DNA of 64,000 nt from Candidatus Margulisiibacteriota bacterium (GTDB taxonomy: Bacteria > Margulisbacteria > Marinamargulisbacteria > JBFWNS01), in contig JBFWNS010000005.1 in the NCBI GenBank assembly GCA_050250935.1, forward strand, positions 97,583 to 161,582. Direction: 5' to 3'. The number at the start of each line of letters is the position of its first letter. Position 1 is the stretch's first letter. The translations under genes and the position numbers were made by a program. Positions 20,712-30,369 of the stretch are shown piece after piece. Under the pieces are notes generated by a model that saw nothing but the letters and a program-made list of their open reading frames with translations, searched no databases and was not told where the DNA came from.

Positions 20712-21410
20712 ATGGCAGCAACTAACCCCATTCTTTCAAATACTCCTGTGAATCTTGTTCGTGCTTTTTCAAGCGGGCAGGGCACCACTGTTGCCCAAGC
20801 CGATACCTCCTTTCAAAATGTTTTGGATTCCGAAATTCAACTGTCTGCACAACGGGCTTCTCAGCTTCAATCGGCTGGGGGAACGGCTGGTTCTGGGGTG
20901 GCTGTACAACAACCTTCCATTGCCGATTACCTGCGTGCCCAATACTTTGGCCGAACCATTTCTTACACAGATGCCAGCGGTGCCACCTACGATTCGGGCC
21001 AAATCAAAGAGCTCGTGGTTGGTGCAGATGGCGCCTATTATTTTAACCTCAAAGATGGTCAGCGTGTTCGGGTGGTTTTTCAGGGGCAAGAAATTAAAAA
21101 CCCCAGCACCAGAACCCCCTATCAAGCCGGTCAAGCTCGGTTGGATTCGGAACGCTATTTAAATTCGGCCATTTCCCCCTTGTTGTCCGATGCTGGCGAG
21201 GCTGCAAGCAATGCCCGTTCAACCATCGGTCAAACCTCGAGCTACCAAAGCCGACAATCAGCCATTGCCAATTTGCCCTCGGAGCCGTTAACCTACATTG
21301 ACACTGCAACCAACCAAGAAAAGACAGGGGATGCCCTGGTTCTTGGAAACCGACTTGTCCTTAAAACCTCTCAAGCCCCCATCAAGATTCGATTCGAAAG
21401 AGAAAATTAG
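20712..21410 (+). CDS. FlgD-like scaffold/cap protein (degenerate)
   Basis: YFGRTISYTDASG...SGQIKELVVGADG resembles the FlgD Tudor-like region; the hallmark FLxLLxxQLxNQDP is absent; syntenic position. Confidence 0.5.
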   Translation: MAATNPILSNTPVNLVRAFSSGQGTTVAQADTSFQNVLDSEIQLSAQRASQLQSAGGTAGSGVAVQQPSIADYLRAQYFGRTISYTDASGATYDSGQIKELVVGADGAYYFNLKDGQRVRVVFQGQEIKNPSTRTPYQAGQARLDSERYLNSAISPLLSDAGEAASNARSTIGQTSSYQSRQSAIANLPSEPLTYIDTATNQEKTGDALVLGNRLVLKTSQAPIKIRFEREN

Positions 21411-22741
21411 TGGATCACCAACACCAACACGCTTTCTTTAGAAAAATTAAATTGGTTCCAGCCATCGGGGATTGGACCACGATTCAGTATCACGATCCCG
21501 ATCAAGAAGAAACCCGTGTTTCCCAAATCACCAACATCAACTTCGACCGCCTGCCCAAAGAGCAACTCAGCTATGTTCACTATTTGCACTATCGTTTGGC
21601 AGAAGACATTGCCAAAGACCTCGCAGATGGGTTGGACATCAGTGTAGAACTGCATTCCATTTCGGCCAAACAAATGGCCTACCAAGATTTTGTAACCCTG
21701 CAAACCGATCCCATGCTTCAGGCCCATGTCCCCGTTTTGGGCTCTGGGACAGTTTCGTTGTTTTTGGACTGGGGTTTTTCAGAAATGATTGCCAGCCGTT
21801 TAACGGGTGGGGGCTTGGAAGAATCTGGGTCTACCTCTTTTTCTACCCTCGAGTTGGCTGTTCTTAAAACCCAGGTGCTTCATGTTGTGCCCTTGTTGGA
21901 TAAGGCTTGGAAATCGGTCATGGGCCTTTCTTCAGAGGCTGTCGATGTAAAAGCAGGTCAATATCGTCCCGATAAACGGTTGTCGCCCCGCGATGCCTTG
22001 GTGATCTTTACGTTTTATTTCCAGTTGGGCAAAGACGATGTGAAGTCCATGTCTGTGGCCTATCCAACCCGCGTGTTGCGCAAGTTGTTGGGCCTGCGAA
22101 AGGCCTTGCCAGATCCGGTTAAACGCCGGGTGTTCTTGAGCCCAGAAACCCTTAAAAAACTCAAAGTTCCCGTCAAGGCTGTTTTGGGGGAAACCACCAT
22201 TACCATGGCCGATTTCCGCCAGCTTCAGGTTGGGGATGTCATTGGCTTGGATGCCACTCTGGACCACCCAGTTTCTGTTAGCTTGGGCGACGATGTTCAA
22301 TTGTTTGCTCAGCCCGGGGTTGTGAATCAAAAAAGTGCGGTTCAGTTGTTGTGGTGGACGCCCAGCGATGCCAAAGAAACCCACTCGGTAGACGTTGCAC
22401 CGGTGCATGCAATTGCGGCCCCTGTGGTGGCCCCTGCCCCTGCTGTTGTAGAAATGCCTGCGCCCGCACCCGAACCGATTGCGGTTCCCGTTTCTTCTGA
22501 GCATGACGACAATCCTTTGGATTTGGACGAAGACGATCACCGTCCCGAAGCCTTGGAAGAGTCGGACATGACCCACAGCCTTTCCGACGAACACGAGCAT
22601 GACGATCTAGACCTGATGTTCGACGATGAACCTGCCCACGAAGACCACGACGATGCCCATGCCGTAGACGATGCCTTAACCCACGAGCCGGACGCCCATG
22701 ACGAAGACGATTTTTCGTGGGATGATCTAGACAAACTTTAG
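21410..22741 (+). CDS. fliM: C-ring protein FliM/SctQ-like with acidic His-rich tail
   Basis: DRLPKEQL middle domain, LTGG, SpoA domain (VKAVLGETTITMADFRQLQVGDVI); lacks the N-terminal LSQxEIDALL. Confidence 0.8.
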   Translation: MDHQHQHAFFRKIKLVPAIGDWTTIQYHDPDQEETRVSQITNINFDRLPKEQLSYVHYLHYRLAEDIAKDLADGLDISVELHSISAKQMAYQDFVTLQTDPMLQAHVPVLGSGTVSLFLDWGFSEMIASRLTGGGLEESGSTSFSTLELAVLKTQVLHVVPLLDKAWKSVMGLSSEAVDVKAGQYRPDKRLSPRDALVIFTFYFQLGKDDVKSMSVAYPTRVLRKLLGLRKALPDPVKRRVFLSPETLKKLKVPVKAVLGETTITMADFRQLQVGDVIGLDATLDHPVSVSLGDDVQLFAQPGVVNQKSAVQLLWWTPSDAKETHSVDVAPVHAIAAPVVAPAPAVVEMPAPAPEPIAVPVSSEHDDNPLDLDEDDHRPEALEESDMTHSLSDEHEHDDLDLMFDDEPAHEDHDDAHAVDDALTHEPDAHDEDDFSWDDLDKL

Positions 22742-22753
22742 GAAGACACAGGC

Positions 22754-23503
22754 ATGAGAAAAATTAGCATTATGAATTACAAGGGCGGAACCGGGAAAAC
22801 CAGCACAGTGGTTAACCTGGCTCACGGACTTGCACTTCAAGGTCAGAAAGTCTTGGTCATCGATACCGATCCCCAAGGATCTTCTGGCTATCATTTGGGC
22901 ATTAACACCGATGGTGCTGTTCCCACCCTTTACGATTTGTTGATTCAAGGCAAAAGCCCCCGAGAGTGCATTGTTAATGCCAGAGAGGGTATTGATATCA
23001 TTTGCAGCAACGAACGGTTGTTTCCCGCAGAAATGGCCTTGTCCAAAGAAAAAGACCGAGAGTTTAGACTCCAACACTGTTTGGAAAATTTGACCGGATA
23101 CGACTATGTGTTGGTCGATTGTCCGCCTTCGATGAATTTGTTGAATCAAAATTCGTTGTTGTATGCCAACGATATTTATTTGCCAGTGTCCATGGAATAT
23201 TTGTCCTTGGTGGGTGTCAAACAGTTGTTGTCCAACATTGGCCTGATCAATTCCATTTTTAAGGCCAATATTCAAGTTTCGAAAGTCATCCCAACGTTCT
23301 ATGACAAACGGAACACCAAGTCCAAAGAAATTGTGGACAGCTTAAACCGGGTGTTTCCTGGCCTCATCTCGTCTCCGATTGGGGTCAGTGTTGCCATTTC
23401 CGAAGCCGCTGGGGTTAAGCAAACAGTGTTCGAATACGATGCAAGCTCCAAAGGGGCCCAAGATTATCTACAATTAACGAAAGAGGTGTTGTCTCATGGC
23501 TAA
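22754..23503 (+). CDS. ParA/Soj-family ATPase
   Basis: KGGTGKTS deviant Walker A, DTDPQG, DCPPS, ISEA. Confidence 0.93.
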   Translation: MRKISIMNYKGGTGKTSTVVNLAHGLALQGQKVLVIDTDPQGSSGYHLGINTDGAVPTLYDLLIQGKSPRECIVNAREGIDIICSNERLFPAEMALSKEKDREFRLQHCLENLTGYDYVLVDCPPSMNLLNQNSLLYANDIYLPVSMEYLSLVGVKQLLSNIGLINSIFKANIQVSKVIPTFYDKRNTKSKEIVDSLNRVFPGLISSPIGVSVAISEAAGVKQTVFEYDASSKGAQDYLQLTKEVLSHG

Positions 23504-23888
23504 AAAGAAAAAATTTGATGATCCGCTAGAAGGCATTGATCCGGTTATGAAGACGGCCTTTTCCGTCGATGAGGTTTCAGAAACCTCTGGGGCACCCATC
23601 GCACCGGTCGAGTTTCCAACCTTAAAGCCTGAAACGTCGGCCAAAAAAGTAGAAGTGGATGTTTTTTCGAATATCCCTGTTAATGTTTCTGTCGAGTTGG
23701 GTCGTGCAGAAGTGTCTTTAAAAGACGTTTACGAACTCAGCGAAGGCTCTATCATCGAATTGGAGCGTTTGGTTGGTGAGCCCCTGGATTTGGTGGTGAA
23801 TGGCCAAGTGGTTGCCCAAGGCGAAGTGGTGGCCATCGACAACAATTATGGTCTTCGGGTAACCCATATTTTGGCTTCTGCAAAGTAA
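23496..23888 (+). CDS. fliN: C-ring protein FliN with N-terminal extension
   Basis: IPVNVSVELGRA...GSIIELERLVGEPLDLVVNGQVVAQGEVVAIDNNYGLRV. Confidence 0.93.
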   Translation: MAKKKKFDDPLEGIDPVMKTAFSVDEVSETSGAPIAPVEFPTLKPETSAKKVEVDVFSNIPVNVSVELGRAEVSLKDVYELSEGSIIELERLVGEPLDLVVNGQVVAQGEVVAIDNNYGLRVTHILASAK

Positions 23889-24128
23889 ATGGCCATTTCC
23901 TATTACCTGCAAGTCACCTTGTCCTTGCTGGTATTTATTGGCTTTTTGTTTGCAGCCACGCGGTTTTCGAAATCCTTGCAAACAAAGCGGTTTTCCTGCG
24001 AAATGAAAATTATCGATCGCTTGGCAGTGGATCAGGAAGTGGCTTTGGCCATTGTCGAAGTCCGAGACCAGCAGTACCTGATGGGTGTCAGCAAAAACAA
24101 TGTTCGCATTTTAAAGAAACTTTCATGA
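23889..24128 (+). CDS. fliO: Export apparatus protein FliO
   Basis: N-terminal TM segment followed by MKIIDR...AIVEV...YLMGVS; lies between fliN and fliP. Confidence 0.8.
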   Translation: MAISYYLQVTLSLLVFIGFLFAATRFSKSLQTKRFSCEMKIIDRLAVDQEVALAIVEVRDQQYLMGVSKNNVRILKKLS

Positions 24129-24856
24129 AATACCTTAAATATGCTTTGAGTGCTTTGGTTATCGCAGTTGTTTTGGGTGGCACTTCGGTGTTTGCCCAAG
24201 CCGATGCGGGTAATCTGATTCGTCCCGAAATGTTCAGCTCTAGCATTAACATTTTATTGTCCTTGTCAGCCATTGGGTTTGTGCCCTTGTTTTTGATGTC
24301 CGCCACGTCTTTTTTGCGCATCGTTATTGTGATGGGGATGATTCGAAGTGCTATTGGAACCCAACAAAGCCCGCCCAATGCGGTGATTGTTTCGTTGTCT
24401 GTTTTCTTGACCATTTTTGTGATGACGCCCACCTGGAACGAAGTGAATCAAACGGCCATTATTCCTTACCAAGAGGGCCGAATCAGCCAAAGACAGGCCT
24501 TCGATTTGGGGGTACAACCCGTTCGAAAATTCATGTTAAAGTTCACCCGCGAAAAAGATTTGGCTTTGTTTTTGGAATTTTCTCAACTTAAAACCGTCAC
24601 CAATTACGACGATGTTCCCATCTATGTTTTGGTTCCCGCTTTTATGATTTCCGAGCTTAAGACCGCTTTCCAAATTGGGTTTTTATTGTTTATTCCTTTT
24701 GTTGTCATCGATTTGATTGTGTCGAATATCCTCTTGTCTTTGGGGATGTTCATGTTGTCGCCGGCCATGATTTCGTTGCCGTTTAAAATTCTATTGTTTG
24801 TTCTCACCGATGGCTGGAATCTTGTCATTCGGGGGATTTTGCTTAGTTTTAAATAA
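24125..24856 (+). CDS. fliP: Export gate FliP (SctR)
   Basis: TSFLRIVIV, QQSPPN, PAFMISELKTAFQIGF, GMFMLSPAMISLPFKILLFVLTDGW; N-terminal signal peptide. Confidence 0.97.
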   Translation: MKYLKYALSALVIAVVLGGTSVFAQADAGNLIRPEMFSSSINILLSLSAIGFVPLFLMSATSFLRIVIVMGMIRSAIGTQQSPPNAVIVSLSVFLTIFVMTPTWNEVNQTAIIPYQEGRISQRQAFDLGVQPVRKFMLKFTREKDLALFLEFSQLKTVTNYDDVPIYVLVPAFMISELKTAFQIGFLLFIPFVVIDLIVSNILLSLGMFMLSPAMISLPFKILLFVLTDGWNLVIRGILLSFK

Positions 24857-25842
24857 TGAGGCATTTTGGCATTGCGCTGATGGTGGCCCTGGCGAGTTCG
24901 GGGTGGTGTTTGGCCCAAGGTTCGCCTTTTTCTGCCTTGCATAACCGTCTGCAAGATGGGGCTCAAGCCTTTGTCATTAGCAACTATCCTGAAGAAGTGG
25001 TGATTCCCGGCATTGTGTTCGACGAAGCTTTTGCTCAGGATGCCCGCGTTTTTTACTATCATAAAAACGGAGCCCCACTACCGTTGGACCTTCAGCTAAC
25101 CGTGACCAATCCCCAGTCCAAGCCCTTGTGGGTTACCGTCAATGTGGGATTGGCTGGCCCTTCTCCGGACGGGTTATATGTGGGGCACAAGGCGGCCAAA
25201 GCCTATTTAATGGACACTAAACCCCAGCGAATTTTGGTGCCTGCTTTTGGGACCCTGTCTTTGGCCAAAACCACCCTCAAACCAGGGCAAGTGTGCGAAG
25301 GCATTGTGGGTGTCTATGCGGGACAAAATCCCTTCCGACTTTCTTTGGCTGTTGTAGATCCTGCTGTTCCTTATGTAGCGACTTTGCTAAAGGACATGGC
25401 GGTCCCCGCCTATACTTTTGGGCGCTTTTCGTCTGCGACGGTTGAATCGGTGACAAGCTTCGATTGTGGCGATAAGTTGCAGGAATGGGGCTTGGGTGAC
25501 GAGCCTTTCGCCGTTGATGTGGTGCGTCGACTCACGCTTAAAGGCAATTATGGCTTCCATTATTATTATGCGACCCAGCTGACCAATACCCAAGCCCTTC
25601 CTCGAAAAGTCACCTTGTTGTATGCCCCTTCTGCAGGAATGAGCCGCGCGGTTTTATGTGTGAATGACAAATGGATTGAAACCAAACTGTTTCGGCCCCA
25701 TAATCAAGACCAGCCCGAATCTGTTTTTGAAGCGATTCTTCAACCTGGAGAATCCCGGTGGTTAACGGTTTTTGCAACCCCACAAGGGGGAGGCTTTTAC
25801 CCCGTTCGTTTTGTTTTGCGTGCGATGGCCGTTTCCCCATAA
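24856..25842 (+). CDS. Exported hypothetical protein inserted between fliP and fliQ
   Basis: Sec signal peptide; beta-rich; SNYPE...GIVF...RVFYYHKN and LKGNYG motifs. Confidence 0.8.
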   Translation: MRHFGIALMVALASSGWCLAQGSPFSALHNRLQDGAQAFVISNYPEEVVIPGIVFDEAFAQDARVFYYHKNGAPLPLDLQLTVTNPQSKPLWVTVNVGLAGPSPDGLYVGHKAAKAYLMDTKPQRILVPAFGTLSLAKTTLKPGQVCEGIVGVYAGQNPFRLSLAVVDPAVPYVATLLKDMAVPAYTFGRFSSATVESVTSFDCGDKLQEWGLGDEPFAVDVVRRLTLKGNYGFHYYYATQLTNTQALPRKVTLLYAPSAGMSRAVLCVNDKWIETKLFRPHNQDQPESVFEAILQPGESRWLTVFATPQGGGFYPVRFVLRAMAVSP

Positions 25843-25864
25843 GGTTGAGTAAAGGAGTCTTATC

Positions 25865-26134
25865 ATGAACGTGGATATTGTAACCAGTATTATTTATTCC
25901 GCAGTCCAAGTGACCATTTTGGCATCCTTGCCCAGCGTGGGTTTGGGGCTGCTGATTGGTCTGTTGATTGCGATTTTTCAGGCGGTTACCCAGGTTCAAG
26001 AACAAACCCTTACCTTTGTACCTAAAATGATTGTGGTCTTTTTGGTGTTGGCGGCGACCTTCCCGTGGATGTCCCGATTGGTCATCGAAATGTCTGTGTC
26101 GCTTTGGCAGAATATTCCTTTGTATTCGCGATGA
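25865..26134 (+). CDS. fliQ: Export gate FliQ (SctS)
   Basis: GLLIAIFQAVTQVQEQTLTFVPK. Confidence 0.97.
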   Translation: MNVDIVTSIIYSAVQVTILASLPSVGLGLLIGLLIAIFQAVTQVQEQTLTFVPKMIVVFLVLAATFPWMSRLVIEMSVSLWQNIPLYSR

Positions 26135-26925
26135 TCATTACCCTGGATCAGGTTGTCTGCTATTTCCTGATTTTCGCCCGCTTGCTGGGGATGCTGATGT
26201 TGGCCCCCGTGTTTAACCGAAAAGAAATTTTTGCCTTGTCCAAGGTGGCCTTTTTGTTTTGGTTGAGTGGTCTTTTAATTTTTGTGGTTCCCATGGCCGT
26301 TCATCCGCCAGCTTCCCCTGTTGCCATGGTGATTGCGGTGGTGATGGAATTTATGGTTGGGGCCATGTTGGGCTTTATTACGGACATGATCGTGGTGGGA
26401 TTGGAAGCGGCTGGGACCCTGATGGATACCCAGGCTGGTTTGAGTGTGGCCAGCATCTTGGATCCTTCTTCGGGTCGGTCCATCACCATTATTTCGTCGT
26501 TGTTAAAGTGGGTGGCCATTGTGGTCTTTTTGATGTTGGACGGCCACCACATGTTGCTATCGGCTGTGGTTCAAAGTTTTAAACTCTTGCCCATTGGAGC
26601 ACCGTTTAATATTCCCCAGGCCGCTTGGTATGTGGTGGGATTGGGGGGCGATATTTTCTATATTGCCGTTCAATTGTCTGCACCCATTATGTTGGTGGTA
26701 TTCCTGATTGACTTTGTTTTTGGCATGCTCAGTCGTGTTGCGCCGCAGGTTAACGTGTTTCAATTGGGGTTTCAAATTAAGCCCTTAATCAGTTTGCTGA
26801 TTTTCTTGGCCATTGTGCCAGGTATTAGCGGTAGTGTGAGTAGCTTGTTGGAACGGGTTACCGACTATATTTTGCATGCGTTCTATTTGTTGCAATTGCC
26901 CCCAACGATGGGGCTAGGAGGCTAG
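26131..26925 (+). CDS. fliR: Export gate FliR (SctT)
   Basis: FARLLG...AGTLMDTQAGLS...DGHHML...SRVAPQVNVFQLGFQIK; ATGA overlap with fliQ. Confidence 0.95.
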   Translation: MIITLDQVVCYFLIFARLLGMLMLAPVFNRKEIFALSKVAFLFWLSGLLIFVVPMAVHPPASPVAMVIAVVMEFMVGAMLGFITDMIVVGLEAAGTLMDTQAGLSVASILDPSSGRSITIISSLLKWVAIVVFLMLDGHHMLLSAVVQSFKLLPIGAPFNIPQAAWYVVGLGGDIFYIAVQLSAPIMLVVFLIDFVFGMLSRVAPQVNVFQLGFQIKPLISLLIFLAIVPGISGSVSSLLERVTDYILHAFYLLQLPPTMGLGG

Positions 26926-26926
26926 G

Positions 26927-28000
26927 GTGGGCGAAGAAGACTCGGGCGAGAAAACCGAGGAGCCGACTCCTCATAAACTGCGAGAAGCCCGTAAAAAAGG
27001 GCAGATCGTCAAAAGCAAAGAAATCACCTCAGCCATTCTGATGCTGGTGTCCTTTTTTACCCTCAAAGCCTCTGCGGTTTATATCTGGGAAAAAATTGCC
27101 GAAATTTCTTTTTACACCTTTAACCTGATTCCAGAAGAATTCACCGAAGCGGTTGCTGGAAAAATTTTAAAAGATGCCATGTGGATTTTTTTGGCGGCCA
27201 TTGCCCCCCTTTTGTTTGCCACCTTCGTGGTGACTTTGTTGGTCGAATTTCTGCAAACCGGGTTCTTGCTCTCTGGCGAACCCTTGGTGCCGAATCTCGA
27301 AAAACTTAATCCAATCGAAGGCATCAAAAAAATGTTCGCACTTAAACAGTTGGTTGAGCTTTTAAAATCACTGATTAAAATGGCCATCGTGATTTATCTG
27401 CTTTACGGGGCCATTCGGGATCAGTTTTTTATGGTGGTGATTAGTCCGCAACTGAATTTGTGGCAAATTATGGGATTTACCGGTTCCATCATCATGGACG
27501 TTGTCACGCGGGTGGGAATTGCCTACATCATCTTGGCGATTTTTGACTATATGTACCAGCATTGGGAATTCATGAAATCCATGCGCATGTCCAAAAAAGA
27601 AATCAAGGACGAATACAAGCGTTTGGAAGGCGATCCCATGATCAAGCAACGCATGCGCGATGCCCAGCGCCAAATGGCTCAGGGGCGGCAAATGGGTGCT
27701 GTTCCACAGGCCGACGTGGTGGTTACCAACCCGATTCACTTGGCCCTTGCGATTCAATACAAGCCCAATGTCATGAAGGCGCCGAAAATTCTGGCCAAGG
27801 GTCGCCGATTGGTGGCCGAAGAAATCAAACGCATTGCCCAAGACCACGATATTCCCATCGTCGAGAACAAACCCTTGGCGCAAGCCCTGTTTAAAGAAAC
27901 CGAAGCCGACCAAGAGGTTCCGCCTCAGTACTACAAAGCGGTAGCTCAGATTCTGGCCTTTGTGTATAATCTGAAAAAGAAAAGAAAACAGAGGTTTTAG
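26927..28000 (+). CDS. flhB: Export switch protein FlhB (SctU)
   Basis: EKTEEPTPHKLREARKKGQI, EGDP, VVVTNPIH (NPTH variant). Confidence 0.97.
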   Translation: MGEEDSGEKTEEPTPHKLREARKKGQIVKSKEITSAILMLVSFFTLKASAVYIWEKIAEISFYTFNLIPEEFTEAVAGKILKDAMWIFLAAIAPLLFATFVVTLLVEFLQTGFLLSGEPLVPNLEKLNPIEGIKKMFALKQLVELLKSLIKMAIVIYLLYGAIRDQFFMVVISPQLNLWQIMGFTGSIIMDVVTRVGIAYIILAIFDYMYQHWEFMKSMRMSKKEIKDEYKRLEGDPMIKQRMRDAQRQMAQGRQMGAVPQADVVVTNPIHLALAIQYKPNVMKAPKILAKGRRLVAEEIKRIAQDHDIPIVENKPLAQALFKETEADQEVPPQYYKAVAQILAFVYNLKKKRKQRF

Positions 28001-28006
28001 CACAAT

Positions 28007-30091
28007 ATGGTTGGTTTTAAAGACGTTAAGTCCCTATTTTCAATCTCTGACGTTCTTCTCGCACTCATTTTGATTGTTGTTGTGAGCTTGATGGTTATCC
28101 CCATCCCTGTGTTTTTGCTCGACTTGTTGATGGTGTTGAACATTGCGGTTTCGGTGAGTGTGTTGCTCGTTGCCATGTATTTGTCTCAACCCCTCGATTT
28201 TGCAGCCTTCCCCTCTCTTCTTCTGGTTACCACCCTGCTGCGACTGTCCATTAACGTTTCCTCTGCCAAATTGATTTTGGGCTTGGGCCCCGAATTCCAT
28301 GGCCAAGTGGTTTTGGCCTTTGCCGACTTCGTAACAGAAGGCAATTTTGTGGTGGGGATTGTGGCGTTTTGTATCATTACCCTGGTTCAGTTTATCGTGG
28401 TTGTAAAAGGGTCGGAGCGGGTTGCCGAAGTTGCGGCACGGTTTACCTTGGATGCCTTGCCCGGTAAACAAATGAGTATCGATGCCGACTTAAACGCAGG
28501 CTTAATCGATGCCAACGAAGCCCGAAATCGCCGTAAAAAATTGGAAAAAGAATCCACCTTTTTTGGGTCCATGGATGGTGCTAATAAATTCGTTAAAGGG
28601 GATGCGGTTGCAGGCATCATCATCGTGATTATCAACATTGTGGGTGGTTTGGCCATCGGTCGTTTCCAGCAAGGTCTTTCCATGACCGAATCGTTTCAGG
28701 TGTTTACCCGGCTGACGGTGGGGGATGGGTTGGTGGCTCAGGTTCCTGCCCTTTTAATTTCGATTGCAACGGGTTTGGTGGTCACCAAATCGGCTTCCGA
28801 CGAAAGCTTGGGTAAGGATGTGGCGGCCCAAATTTTGTCCCAGCCCAAGGCGTTTGCGGTAACATCCATTATCTTGTTGTTGTTTTCCATTGTGCCAGGG
28901 CTTCCAGGGATTCCTTTCGCAGTGATGTCTGTGGTCTCGGGTGGCATGGCGTTTGGCATTATCAAATCCCGCCAAATGGCCGACGAAATGGCCGTGGATT
29001 CGGGTCAAGAATCCGCCAAAGATGCCATGAAAAAGCCCGAAAATCTGCTCAATACCTTGGCCTTGGATCCCATTACCCTTAAAACTGGTCGCAATTTGGT
29101 GCCTTTGATCGATCCCAGCCAAAACGGTCCCTTGTTGGAACGGATTACCTTGGTACGGTATCACATCGGGCAAGAACTGGGGTTTGTGATCCCCGGGGTT
29201 CGGGTTATGGACGATTTAACCTTGCCCCCCAACCAATACGAGGTGGACATTCGCGGAACCCGCATTGCCATTGGCGAAGCCCTGCCTGGCCATATTTTTG
29301 TCCCACGGTCCTCGGGCGAGTTGCGTCGTAAAGGCATTTCTGGGGTAGAGGTTGTGGATCCCATGACCATGCAGCCTGGCAGCTGGGTCACAGAAGATCA
29401 GCTCGAGGTTGTCCAAGATGCCCTCATGAACCCCATGAGTATTACCGACTTCATCTCGGCCCACTTTGCCGAGGTGATTAAGCAGCACGCCGACGAAATC
29501 ATGACCCGTCAAAATGTTCAGTCCTTAATCGAGCTTGTGAAAAACACCAACGCCGCCATTGTTCGGGAATTGGTTCCCGATATGGTGTCTTTGGGCCAAG
29601 TTCACAAGGTTCTTCAAGCACTGGTTAAAGAGCGGGTTTCCATTCGGGATTTGTCCACGATTTTGGAACGCTTGGCCGACTATGCCCATGTGTCCCGAGA
29701 CACCAATTTGTTGTCGGAATATGTTCGCCAATCTTTGGCGCGTCAGGTTTGTACCAGCTATATGGACAAAGAAGATACGGTCACGGTTTTCACCATCGAT
29801 CCTCGATTGGAAGAGCACATGATCAGTTCTATTCACCAATCTGAGTATGGCTCCTTTTTGGCCTTGGATCCCCAATTGGGCGAAAATGTATTGAATCAAG
29901 TGGGCGAAAATGTGGCCAATTTCCGTAAAATGGATAAGCCTCCAGTGTCCTTGTGTTCGCCAAGACTGCGGGTTCATTTTAAGAAATTTACAGAGCGTAA
30001 CTATCCTCAGCTGGCGGTTTTGTCTTACAACGAAATTGTGCCCCAGGTTAAAGTTCAGTCGATTGGGATTATTTCCTCGGATGATATCTAG
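28007..30091 (+). CDS. flhA: Major export apparatus protein FlhA (SctV)
   Basis: FPSLLLVTTLLRL, RVAEVAARFTLDALPGKQMSIDADLNAG, GSMDGANKFVKGDA, ERVSIRDL, VLSYNEI. Confidence 0.97.
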   Translation: MVGFKDVKSLFSISDVLLALILIVVVSLMVIPIPVFLLDLLMVLNIAVSVSVLLVAMYLSQPLDFAAFPSLLLVTTLLRLSINVSSAKLILGLGPEFHGQVVLAFADFVTEGNFVVGIVAFCIITLVQFIVVVKGSERVAEVAARFTLDALPGKQMSIDADLNAGLIDANEARNRRKKLEKESTFFGSMDGANKFVKGDAVAGIIIVIINIVGGLAIGRFQQGLSMTESFQVFTRLTVGDGLVAQVPALLISIATGLVVTKSASDESLGKDVAAQILSQPKAFAVTSIILLLFSIVPGLPGIPFAVMSVVSGGMAFGIIKSRQMADEMAVDSGQESAKDAMKKPENLLNTLALDPITLKTGRNLVPLIDPSQNGPLLERITLVRYHIGQELGFVIPGVRVMDDLTLPPNQYEVDIRGTRIAIGEALPGHIFVPRSSGELRRKGISGVEVVDPMTMQPGSWVTEDQLEVVQDALMNPMSITDFISAHFAEVIKQHADEIMTRQNVQSLIELVKNTNAAIVRELVPDMVSLGQVHKVLQALVKERVSIRDLSTILERLADYAHVSRDTNLLSEYVRQSLARQVCTSYMDKEDTVTVFTIDPRLEEHMISSIHQSEYGSFLALDPQLGENVLNQVGENVANFRKMDKPPVSLCSPRLRVHFKKFTERNYPQLAVLSYNEIVPQVKVQSIGIISSDDI

Positions 30092-30111
30092 CCGATCGGG
30101 CAGGGGGCATC

Positions 30112-30369
30112 ATGTCAGACTTTTTTCTTAAGCACATTACCCAAAGCGAATACCGTAAAAATCCCGGAGAATTGGCCAGTTCCGAGCTTACCGTGATCGA
30201 CCATGTCCTCGAGCCTTTGGATGCTTCTGTCGAGGTTAAAAAGGCCTTAAAAACCAAGGTGCTACAAGAGGTTAATAACCTGTTGGATGCTTTGGTCCCC
30301 CCCGATGTGGCCACTTGTATCGATCGCGAGGCACTGTGCCATCAAATTTTGACGCGGTTGGCCCTATGA
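30112..30369 (+). CDS. Small hypothetical protein coupled to the sigma factor
   Basis: 85 aa, helical, ATGA overlap with the next gene. Confidence 0.65.
   Translation: MSDFFLKHITQSEYRKNPGELASSELTVIDHVLEPLDASVEVKKALKTKVLQEVNNLLDALVPPDVATCIDREALCHQILTRLAL

Noticed and set aside
22754..23503. FlhG/FleN assignment
   Set aside because: Soj-type DPQG and DCPP motifs, no C-terminal membrane-targeting helix evident, and no adjacent flhF
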